Position numbers and translations under genes: made by a program
Assembly (NCBI RefSeq): GCF_009914755.1
Contig: NC_060931.1
Strand: one strand, 5' to 3'
DNA from: the human T2T-CHM13v2.0 reference genome, Homo sapiens
Length of the DNA: 64,000 nt
Shown here: positions 1 to 12,165 of the stretch, piece after piece
Layout: each line of letters begins with the position of its first letter
Numbering within the stretch: the first letter of the stretch is position 1
The notes under the pieces: generated by a model
The model's database searches: none
The model's input: only the letters and a program-made list of their open reading frames with translations
Told to the model about the DNA's origin: nothing

Positions 1-296
<296 letters not shown>

Positions 297-468
297 CTAT
301 GGATTGCAGGTTTCTCTCCACGGCAGCTGTTTAGTTTGTACTTACACTAAGAATAAATGAATGCTCATTTCCTCATAGTCTTACCACACATTTGCCATTA
401 TCAGTCAGTCCTTAAACATTTTTTACAAGCCTCGTTGCTTTAATTTTTCACTGTTAAGATCAATTTCT

Positions 469-1132
<664 letters not shown>

Positions 1133-1454
1133 TAGGGCTTGTTCATCTATTTTTCTTATTGACTCATAAAAGCTGTAAGTCTTATTGACTAACATAGATA
1201 GTAACATTTTCTCCAGTTTGTTAGTTTTTTTTCACAGTGCCATACAGATGCTTTTGGTTTTGAATTGGTATACAGTTCAAGCTACTGATGTTCTAGAAAG
1301 TTGCAAATTGTCCTTTTAAAATAAAAATATTTCTATCATTTAAAAAAGGTTCTCTTTTATGTGATGGCCCATAAGAAAAAGGAGGAGAAAGGACAGAATG
1401 AAGCAAAAGAGGAATGAGGGCTCTATTATATTCCTCAGACTCAACGGGATTGAT

Positions 1455-1612
1455 GAGTGATTTTCGAACTTTCATTTACACAGGAATCACTTGGAGATCT
1501 TTGAAAATGCAGAGTATGAGTCAGCAGGTCCGGGACTGGGCTTGAGATTTTGCATGTCTAACAAGCTCCCAGGTGAGGTAGATGGCCCACGGGCCATACC
1601 TGGAGCAGCAGG
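1455..1612. mobile_element. MER5A-like hAT-Charlie MITE
   Basis: GAATCACTTGGAGATCTTTGAAAATGCAGA and TTTGCATGTCTAACAAGCTCCCAGGTGA resemble the MER5A consensus. Confidence 0.75.
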
Positions 1613-1772
1613 CTTTAAATCACAACAAGGGAAAGCACTGCTGGTTTCATGGATCATCCTAACGACGTGAAAATTATCATCTGTTTTGAAAACTCTTCCT
1701 TCTCTCTTTTTAATTAAGCAGGGAAAATTCTAACTTCTTATTCTGGAAAGTAGGAGATGGCCAGGGCTCATT

Positions 1773-2016
1773 GGGGGAAGGAGAAGAAGAAGGAGAAGGA
1801 GAGGAACAGGAAGAGGAAGAGGAAGAAGACAAATAAGTGGAAGAGGAGGAGGAAGAGGAAGAAGAAGAGGAAGAGGAAGAAGATGAATAAGTGGAAGAAG
1901 AGGAGGAGGAAGAGGAAGAGGAAGAAGAAGAGGAAGAGGAAGAAGACGAATAAGTGGAAGAAGAGGAGGAGGAGGAAGAGGAAGAAGGAGGAGGAGGAGA
2001 AGAAGAAGAAGGGGAA
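1773..2016 (+). repeat. Purine-rich (GAA/GAG) compound repeat with higher-order units
   Basis: Nearly pure A/G; anchor AATAAGTGGAAG recurs at 1832, 1886 and 1949. Confidence 0.95.
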
Positions 2017-2359
2017 ATAATAATAATCAGTTTTCATGGAGTAACATCCCTCCACCTCATGGCCTTTAGCGTATATGGTTACAATTTTTAATGGCAAGTA
2101 TGCAGGTATAAAATGCTCACTTCTTGAGGCCCTCTTGTAGGGCTGGGCAAAATGAAGTTGAGAGATTCACTGGCCTTAAGGGCAGAAATATTCCAGCCCC
2201 CTCCTGGCTGTCTCCCCTCCCCAGCATTATAAAGGGGTTTCTCTGTATTATTGTTTGAGAAAGAATAGCTGTAGTCTAAACACAGGCCCCAAAATGGTAA
2301 CCTAATAGGTCCTGTGAAAAGCAACATGGTCGGGGCGAGGAAAAACAAGTCTCAGAACA

Positions 2360-2495
2360 GGACTCAGGAGAGCTGGATGCTTGTTCTGGCTTTAGCACGG
2401 TTGCTTCGCATGTATTAAACTTTCTAGGCTTGGCTTCTCCAACTGTAGAATGGAGATTAGAGTAGAACCTTATTTCTCAAGGCTGATATTGGGAT
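2360..2495 (+). mobile_element. MIR fragment
   Basis: Degenerate MIR core (GGCTTCTCCAACTGTAGAATGGAGATTAGAGTAGAACCT). Confidence 0.55.
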
Positions 2496-2497
2496 AG

Positions 2498-2905
<408 letters not shown>

Positions 2906-3224
2906 TGATCTCTTATAACCTGGTGTATACTAACTTGGCTTTCCAATTTCCAAGCAAGTTTCCACAAAGCTTTCTGCTACCTGCAAAATAAGTCATGGCA
3001 AAAGAGGCTCTGGGTAATTTTGACGTGTCCTAAAGTCAAGAAGTTGCTTGAGTTATGTTCGTGCCTATGTGGACTGGAGCGGTATATGGGCACAGGTTTC
3101 TACGTGAAAGTGGTGGATATAGATCGATACTGGAGAGGAAAAGGTTAAATGTGCAGCAAACTCAAATGGCGGGGAGAGCAAGGGTAGTTTGGGACAAGGA
3201 TTGCCACGTTAGTAGAGGGAAAGG

Positions 3225-3882
<658 letters not shown>

Positions 3883-3950
3883 CACTTCTTTATGCCTCAG
3901 TTTCTCCATCTGTACCAGGGCCAGCACCTCTCACACAGCAGGTAGTGAAG

Positions 3951-3977
3951 CTGCTGCTGCTGCTGCTGCTGCTGCTG
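3951..3977 (+). repeat. (CTG)9 trinucleotide repeat
   Basis: Nine uninterrupted CTG units counted directly. Confidence 0.97.
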
Positions 3978-5255
3978 CCCTGGGCTGGCCTACAGTGAGT
4001 GCTCACTGCACAGGAGGTATTGCTTCCCCCCGCCCAGCAGGTTCTCATTATAATCTTGCAAGTTTGAAGAAACCCAGCCTTGCTACCAACAGAATATAAA
4101 AACAGACATGCCTCTCTGCCTCCAGTCTCATCCCCATGTCCTTGGGGAGCTGTCCTCTTCCGGCTCGTCCCATCTATGCGCCCTCACTATATCCTCAGAA
4201 CAGGGCACTCCGTGGCTCCTTTAACTTTTTTGCCCCTCCTAGCATGGTGTGGAAAGGGGGCAGATGGGAGGCCTCTTTCTGAAACCACCTCCTGTTCGGC
4301 GGCTGTACTTGGACCTCAGTTTCCCTGTTTTGTTCACGTGGTCATTGTTAAGTCTTAGGGGACGTGTACAGAGGCTAATATTGAGCCACCAATCAGTTAT
4401 TTGACAAATACCATAGGCGCTCTGTGAGCAGGAGCTGGCTCCTATCCCAGACCCCAGCCCTGTGACCTGCTCTCCACTCGCCCGGGGTCTTTCTTGGCTG
4501 GGACAATAAACCTACTGCATCAGGTGATTCCTGGGGAGTCAGCCCCGTGCTGGGCTCACACCCAGCCCCTCTGCGTTCATCTCTTACATGATCTCATGCG
4601 ACCATCATCACACGTCCCCAGGCTCCTCCCGGGCCAACTCCAGAGGCAGTGCGTGTCACCTCCAGCTCTCCTCCCACAAAAATGCTGGCCTTTCAGCCTC
4701 CAGTGCGCTTAGTTCACCCCATAAACTCTGCTAATGCTTACCACATGCTGAGCGTCGGCGCCCGTCCCCACCCCCAGCCCCACAGGCTCCCGGGTCCCGC
4801 CCTGGGAGACCCTCCCACTGGCCGACCCTGCCCCAAGACTCGCCCACTCCACGGTGGGAAACCTGCAATGTGTCCCTCCCTACCCCGCCCTCCTCCAGCG
4901 CCGGCCAAAAGTGACCTTGGACGCTTCTACAATGCCATATCCACTCCTCTGAACAGGAGGCGAGTTTGCACCCAGTGGTGCCTTTGGTTGCTAGAAATTA
5001 AAAACCCGATTGCGCGTGTTTGCAATTACGGTAACTTGGCGCGTCACCCCCAAGCACTGAGCTAGCTGGTGGTAGCCGGGCGCCTCTCGGGGCGCGCCCT
5101 ATTCCGCCCTCGGCCCTGGGCTGCCGCACGATCTGCGCGTCCTGCTGCACCTGAGCCCTTCCCACTCGGGCGCCCGCACCGCTGCGGGGCCGGGCGAGGA
5201 TGCACCACCCCCGCCCGCGAGCCCGCCACGGGAGCGCGTGCCGAATCGACGCCGC

Positions 5256-5288
5256 CTGCAGTCCCCACTACGGGTCCCTAGGGGGCGC
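5256..5288 (+). promoter_or_regulatory. Candidate CTCF site with upstream (ZF9-11) module
   Basis: CTGCAGTCCC-N6-GGG-TCCCTAGGGGGCGC matches the extended CTCF motif (core CCASYAGRKGGCRS with 2 mismatches). Confidence 0.6.
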
Positions 5289-5527
5289 AGCCGGCGCGGG
5301 AAGCCGCCCGAGCCAGGCGCCGCGGCCGGCACAAAATTGCAGGCGGGCGGGCGCCGCGACTTTGAAAACAAGCGAGGGCCTGGGGGGCGGGCCCTGGGAG
5401 CGGGCGCCGCCTCCCTCGGCCAATCAACGGCGGGCGGCGGGCGCGGGCGGCGCGTGCGGCCGGGCTGTGAATGGGGAGCGGCGGTCGCGGCAGCTGAGGG
5501 CGAGCGCGACCGCGACGTGCGGGCGGG

Positions 5528-5533
5528 CGCACT
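5528..5533 (+). promoter_or_regulatory. Candidate initiator element (possible TSS near A5531)
   Basis: CGCACT fits the BBCABW Inr consensus, ~110 bp downstream of the CCAAT box, followed by a pyrimidine run. Confidence 0.4.
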
Positions 5534-5554
5534 TTCTTCTCAGCGCCGGGCGGG

Positions 5555-5575
5555 GGCGGCGGCGGCGGCGGCGGC
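5555..5575 (+). repeat. (GGC)7 repeat in probable 5'UTR
   Basis: Counted directly; lies between the candidate Inr and ATG 5867. Confidence 0.9.
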
Positions 5576-5866
5576 TCCTCCGCGCCCGGCGGACCCCTCG
5601 GAGCTAGCGCGGCGGGCTCGGGACTGCGTGAGCGCCGGACGCGAATTTCCCCCGTTGACAACTTCTTCTCGCCCGGCTCGTCCCCGGCCCGCGCCGCGCC
5701 CCTCACGCGGGGACCCAGGACGCCGCCCCTCAGCGCTGGGCGGCCGCTCACCTCGGGCCGGGGGGCGCCGCGCCTCCCGCGGAGTGGCCGCGCCCGCTCG
5801 GAGCCGTCCCGCCTGTCCTGCCCGCCCGTCCGTCCGGCGCGGCGCTCGGGGTGGCGGCTGCTCGGC

Positions 5867-6164
5867 ATGGCCCGGGGCGCCCGGCCCTCGGCGGCCGGTG
5901 GCGGCGGCGGCGGCGCGGAGCCCCCTGAGCGCGCGGGCCCCGGGCGGCCGCGGGGATCCCCGCCCGGCCGCGCCCGCCCCTCGCTGGCGCCGCGCCCCGG
6001 CCCGGAGCCCTCGCGACCCCGGGCGGCGCCCGAGACCCCCGGCGGGGACACGGCGGGCGCGGGGCGGTGCGGCGGGCGGCGGGCGGCAAAGTTGGGGCCG
6101 GGCCGCCGCGGCTGGTGGGCGCTGCTGGCGCTGCAGCTGCACTTGCTCCGGGCGCTGGCGCAAG
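5867..6164 (+). CDS. SDK1: Protein sidekick-1, coding part of exon 1 (aa 1-99 plus 1 nt; long N-terminal leader/signal sequence)
   Basis: MARGARPSAAGGGGGGAEPPER...GWWALLALQLHLLRALAQ recognised as the SDK1 N-terminus; strong Kozak GGCATGG; canonical donor AAG|GTAGGT at 6164/6165 (phase 1). Confidence 0.95.
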
Positions 6165-8877
6165 GTAGGTGCGCGCGGGGTCGCGGGCCGGGGGCGTCGC
6201 CTCGGGGCGCGGAGGCGCGAACTTGAGCAGCGAGAGTGTGTCCGGGGTCCCCCCGCTTCCCGGCCCGGGTCGGGATGCGCCTTGCTGGGGGCTCTAGGGA
6301 GCCCAGGGGCTCCTCCACGCCAGACTCGGAGGAGAGGGAAACGGAGCCCCGTAGAGCCTGCACCCCGTCTGCTACTTTGCGTTTTATTTTTTTTATACCG
6401 CAGTAGCACAAACAAAAATTTTTAAGTTGAGGACCCATTTCTCAGCTCCTTAAAAGGATGCCCGAGTCCCCTTCCCATTGCATGGATGAAAAAGGGGCTG
6501 GTCTGTACCTGAGTCTTCGCACCGCAGGGTCTGGTTTCCGGTGAGTGACATCCAGAAGACTTGGAAATATCAAGTGCCAGTCGCTGTGAAAAGCCTTTTC
6601 CAGCCCCTCCCCAGGGCCTCGTCCTCTCCCCAGCCCCCGCCTGCTCCTGACTCCCCCAAGTCCCAAAGCCCGACCCCAAGTGGGTGCTGCGCGGCCGGTG
6701 GAGCAAAACTTTCAGTGCCCACAGCTTTTGCACTTGGCTTTGTTTTTCTCCCTCTATTGGCTTCTGTTTAGAATACAGTGGTGAGCTCTGAAATAGGGAA
6801 AGAGGATCTGCTGAATGGAAATGACCTTTTGAAACGAGAGATGGGATCTCTTGTGAAACGAGCTTTCCTTCCCAAATCTGGGCTTCCCTCCACCCCCTCC
6901 CCGCCCCCGACAAAACCCGTAACGTACCCCTGCCAGCTAGCATCGTTTTCTTTTGAAGTTTGCTGGTCTTTAAACCAAAACACCCCTCTCAACCCAGAAA
7001 TAACTATTTTAATACGTCCTTTGGTAACGTCTTTAAAACACATTAGTGAACTGGTTTTGCTGATGGTAGTTTTAGGAAAATTAACTTAGTTGTATTCCAA
7101 GATACAGCTAACGAACAATCATGGTAAGGAACTCGATATTCTGAGATTGGCGAAGATGAGAGCATTAAACTTAAATTAGCTGTGTTCTGTGTCCTGTGAA
7201 GATGATTTATGTGTAGTAACATGACTTAAATGTTGTAACATTTTAAAGGTCTGAGCTCAAAACTATCATCCAATAGCTTAACAACGAACTCATACTTTTT
7301 TTTATTGATGCTTATGTAACGTTATCTAAATTGTGCCCCTCCACCCCCCTCCAGCTTTCATAAATGCTCCCTCTTATGTTTTACTACATGAAAACAAATT
7401 GCCATATTTCTGGTTAATTTAACTCCTCCATTACTTGGAAAATTTTCATTTCACTTATTTGTGCTTTTTGCTTAATGACTTACTCTGGAAGAAAAGCATT
7501 TATTAAGTCATTTTGTACAGTGGGATCTGTAGATTGTTAGAGCAACCAGGTTCAAGTGAAGAAATCTAAATCACTTAGGATGACCTTTAAAATAATGTGT
7601 TTATTAAGTTTTCTTTTTTTAAACAGTGACTTGCATTTTGCACTAAGACCTGTACGTTCATACATTTGAAGATTGGTGCACAGACTGAAATGGTGGGGAA
7701 AAAATCTGCCAGTGGCTTTGTTTTGAAGTATATTACATAGATTTCAAGTTTTTATCAGTTGCACTTTGAAGGTTGTGTAAAGCATTGCATTTTAACAACT
7801 GAAATGTTAATGAAAATACATTTTAAAAATATATTAAGGCAACAACCGAACTTTGTTAGGGAGGAATATTTTATTCCTTTTTGGCAGTAAAAACATTGGT
7901 ACCTGTTTTACATTTATATGGCTTATGAAAGTGTACAGATCTTTTAGTGTAAAATTTCAGATAGGTTGTCACAAATTTTAAGTTCATTGACGGGTTTCTG
8001 TTCTCTTTGCTCTGTGAAATGTGTAATATATCCATCTTTTTTTATATCGTATTGAAAATTCATATTACAGAGGAGATGTCACCATTTGACAAAAGCTCAT
8101 GTATCTTGAAAATGAAAATTCTGGTGCTGTTATAAGAGATTTCTGATGGGATGATGAGTTGGTCATATGTGCAGGAGTGCATTCTCTTGAATCTTATCAG
8201 ATGTAACATTCTAAATGGAATAGTTACCACTACGTTGGAGCGCCTCCTAAGTACCATATTATTACATTGTAGCTAGGTGAAGCTATGACTAATTTCTCTG
8301 CACCTCATGTAAGTAGGCTAGGTCGTGTATTTTGAGAAAAAACGTGCGACATTGATCAGTAAAAGTTACATTTTTATAACCTAGGTTACAGACCCTCTGT
8401 GTAACTGATCATGATGGGAACCGCCAGGTTCAGGTCTTCCAAATGTAACTTTAATATGCCCTGGAGTTTCTTCTTTCTATGCGGTGATGAGAATTTCTGA
8501 GTTGTATGCTCTGCTTATTGCTGTGTGTTTAATTGCTTGTGACTTTCCCGGATTCCTAAAAAGCCAAGTCTTTAATTCTGGAAGGCAGGTGGCAACACAT
8601 GCTTTCTTTATGCCATCCACCAAGGAGCCAGCTGTGAGTGGTTTGGAAGGATGACTTCTGAGGCTAAATATGTATAAGCAGTCTTATGTGTGAAGTCCGT
8701 GGTGCCTTTAGCTTTACTGCTGGACTCTTTACAGGCTTACTGATTCTGGCAGTGTTCAGTAGACCTCCTAGATTCAGCTTGCATTCCTCAGGCCTAGAAA
8801 GGATAGGAATGTTCTTGTCCATGGGGCTGTTTGTTCATAGTCCTCAGTTTCTCATTTGAAATTGTCTCCACTTGGAC

Positions 8878-9015
8878 CTATGGTTCTCCAGCTTTGGTAT
8901 GTGTTAGAATCACCTGGGGAATTTGATGAGGCTGTAGAGTACCTACTCTTCCTCTTCCATGAGCCACATTTGCTTTCCATGTGATTATAATACACATTGG
9001 AATTCGAGAACTACT
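8878..9015. mobile_element. MER5-like MITE remnant
   Basis: TGGTTCTCCAGCTTTGG...AGAATCACCTGGGGAATTT...TTCGAGAACTACT. Confidence 0.55.
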
Positions 9016-9079
9016 CACTTATTACCTTGTGTTTCCCCCTATTCCAGACACCTGCTGACTTCCTGGAAACTCTCTAGCC

Positions 9080-9260
9080 CAGTGTTTCTCAAACTTGGTT
9101 GCACATTGGAATCACCTGGAGCTTTAAACTTCTGATGCCTGGATGTCACTCCTAGAATTGGTTTTAATAAACTTGAGGTTTGATCTGGGCATCAGGATGC
9201 TGAGACACCCCCTCCTCCCTCCAGGTGATTCTCATGTTTAGCCAAGTTTGAGAACCACTG
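9080..9260. mobile_element. MER5A1-like hAT MITE with intact terminal inverted repeats
   Basis: TIRs CAGTGTTTCTCAAACTT / AAGTTTGAGAACCACTG; 8-bp flanks CTCTAGCC / CTCTAATG typical of Charlie target sites. Confidence 0.85.
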
Positions 9261-9487
9261 CTCTAATGGTTTTACGTGAGACCACATGGCTTGATTTCCC
9301 TTTCATGCCTTCCTGGGCTTATTGTCCTCCCCCAACAATTGCAGTGACTTTTATGGACCTTGGGCCTGTGTTCACTTACACCTGTTCCAGGTTCATGATT
9401 TGAAACTCAACAGAGTACACTAGCTTTTCACTTATGTATCGTTTATTCCTACTGAAACTGTTGAGCCCCTGCTTTGTGCTGCCTGAG

Positions 9488-9600
9488 GTGTACATCGGAA
9501 TCACTGGTGAAAATTTAAAATACAGTTATCTGGACTCCACCTCAGACCAGTTGGTTCTCAGAAGCATGCATTTAAAAACTCCTCAAGTGATTCTTGTATG
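9488..9600. mobile_element. MER5-like MITE fragment
   Basis: GGAATCACTGGTGAAAATTTAAAATACAG...CTCCACCTCAGAC...TGCATTTAAAAACTCCTCAAGTGATTCT. Confidence 0.6.
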
Positions 9601-10104
9601 TTTGTGTTACTTTTTTTATTTTTTATTTTTAATCCTCGTGTTGGTTAATCCCATAATGTCACTCAATTTCTCTGTCATCCTTAGCCTGATTTTTCTGTGG
9701 TCTGGGTCACTTTTCTCAGGCCAATTCCCAGCCTTGGACAGGGTCTACTAATTAGGCATTTCTGCCACTTGTTTGCTAGAGTGTTGAGTTCACTACAAAT
9801 CTAGCTTCCTTTTGGGCCCATGTTGCTTTCCATTAATCCAGAAGTACTTTGCTTCCCCTCCTCCTAACCTACTCCCTTTACAACTTTGTAATTTGAGTTT
9901 CAACTGGAACTTGAGTTCTAGACTCCCTTACTTGAATATCATCTTAATAAAGAGTCTTGCTTAGTGAGTGCTCAGATAGTTAATTAAATTTTATTAGGCC
10001 ACTGGGTATTTAACAGACAACTGGTCTCTTGGTTGGTTACTGTCTTCCAAATCCAACAATAAGCAGTTATTACCCTCTATGCAGTCTGCATAGCCACCTG
10101 TAGC

Positions 10105-10305
10105 TGTCCTTTATTGAACCTTTACGTGCCAAGCACTAAGTGCTCATTTATTCTTCACAGCAGCTCCTGAGAGGTAGACAGCATTTTTGTTCTCATCTTA
10201 CCTATGGGAAAACTGAGGCATTCAGATGTTAAGTAACTTTCCTGAGGTCCCAGGACCAGGAGTGGTGATGCCAGAATGAAAAGTCTGATCCAGAGTCTGA
10301 ACATA
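10105..10305 (-). mobile_element. MIR
   Basis: GGAAAACTGAGGCATTCAGATGTTAAGTAACTTTCCTGAGGTC is the antisense MIR core. Confidence 0.8.
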
Positions 10306-11989
10306 ACTTGAGTTCATAACCCCTGGGCTGGAGCGTTTCCCATGTAGCCTCTGCCTTTATAAGGAGAGGGAAAAATGGGCAGCAATCAGATCTGTACCAA
10401 AGGGAAAGACGGTGGTTGATATTTTCTAAAAACAGTATTGAGTAATCTGACCTCAAGTTTTAGATAAACCTTATTTACGATTATGATTGCAAAATAAAAA
10501 TTACATAATTTGGAAAATAGAGATGAGGGATGTATGTAACCCCTTCCATCTACACATTCGTCTCCTCTAAGAAAATGACTATCACCATTTTGATGTATTC
10601 CCCTACCCCAATTTTTCTTTCATAACATAACATGAATTCCAGCTTCATGATGGTCTGTTGGCAGAGATTAGACCACCCCAGAATGGACTACTGGGAGTGC
10701 ACCAACTATTTATTTGAGGAACATTTGGAAAATTCTTTTATCTGCACTGAAGTGTATGAATTTGAGTCCTTTAAATAAAGGAGGTGGAGTTTGTAAGGTA
10801 CTGATCTTTTATTAGTTTGCCTTAGCACACATTTTATGTAAACAGTTAAGTTTAGGCTATACTGGGGTTTATACCTAACCAGAAGTTTCCTGGGCCCTCA
10901 AATACTGAGATAAAACAACGTGGAAGGCTGCAAGTTAAGTGGGTAATTAAGTGATATCAGGTAAGACTGTGTAGTTTAATTCTCCCTACCAGTTGCCTTT
11001 ATGTTATTTCCATCCTCAGAGCCCCTGTATTGCTTGTATTGGAATACATAGGATTTGGCGTCTAAGGTGGCAGAGGTGTGTGGCATGTAGTGTCTTTCTG
11101 CCTGCCTGCCTTACGGTGTCCCAGAGATCAGAGACTGGTAATGTCAGCTGACTGAAACTAGAGAATGGAATGGACACAAAGTGAGGATTCTGATTAGGTC
11201 ACGGCTTAAATTTCTCTAAGAAGTAAAGAAAGTGGTAGTTATGAGAGTAGACCTCCAGGTCCAAATGCGTTGAAAGTTGAATTAAGCTCAAGGTGGGGAA
11301 TGAAAATCACATTGAAAGGTGTAGTATAAAGAAAAATTAAGGTTTATTTACAAAAGAAAGCTATTGATGTTTTGTTATTTGATTAAATACTCCTGGTACC
11401 CAATTATACATTTAACCCAAAGTAACCGAGCATTTTAATTTGCATAGTTTCTAAAATTTTATTTGACTTCATTTCTGTAAGGCATTATCTTAAATTTCCC
11501 CCTAAGTATGTACACCTCTTTTTTTTAAAAAAAGGGCATAAACGTTCGTAGCCATAATCCTGAGGGAGGACATATTTTGTCAGTTGGGACAGCAAATATG
11601 GCACCTCCTGCCATCCTATGGTAGCAAGTAGAAAGAAGCTATAGGTTCTTCAGTGAATCCCTGAAATGCAAAAGTCTGTCACAGTTAGATACCTACCTGC
11701 CAGTTATTGATCCTATACCTGAGATCTGTTCTGGAGAGGTTACTACTCTTAGAGCTTCATTATGTGAACAGTGTTGCCACTAAATCCAAATACAAAAATC
11801 ATGATTATTATGGGAGCATTGCTGTAGGGAACCCTTGTTTATGTATGTGCAATTCTAGTGTTTAGGTGGTTGGCTTCCTGACAGAAAGCTCCAAAGCCAG
11901 AAACTCATTCCATCAGCCTGATACCAATCTCCTGTGGGTATTGTGGGAATGAAAGCAGTTTTTATAAAGCTTTCCTAGAAACATGGATA

Positions 11990-12165
11990 TAGTAAATGGA
12001 AAAGACATTGGGCTAAGTATCAGTAGGCCTCGTTTATACTTCATTCTGTAACTACTGTGCAATATGAGGAAGTCTATTAGTCTCTCTGAGTCTGTTTTCT
12101 CACCTATAAAAGGAGGGATTAGACTAGATGTTCAAAATTGTTCTACTCTGATTCTCTGATCTTCT
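11990..12165 (+). mobile_element. MIR (MIRc/MIR3-like)
   Basis: CTCTCTGAGTCTGTTTTCTCACCTATAAAAGGAGGGATTAGACTAGATG. Confidence 0.75.

Larger units (their letters stand above)
4745..6700. promoter_or_regulatory. SDK1: CpG island / SDK1 promoter
   Basis: Very high GC and CpG density compared with CpG-depleted flanks; GC box GGGGCGGGCC 5384-5393; GGCCAATCA 5418-5426; no TATA box; spans the first coding exon. Confidence 0.95.

Noticed and set aside
1757-2097. Lys/Arg-rich and Phe/Leu-rich ORFs
   Set aside because: Translations of the GAA/GAG simple repeat.
6165-6226. C-terminal 20 aa of the 119-aa ORF
   Set aside because: Read-through past the canonical GTAGGT donor; intronic.
5238-6438. Long overlapping ORFs on both strands (395, 386, 291 aa)
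   Set aside because: Stop-codon scarcity in a GC-rich island; low-complexity R/G/P/A translations. The real frame is the 5867 ATG with a Kozak context and splice donor.
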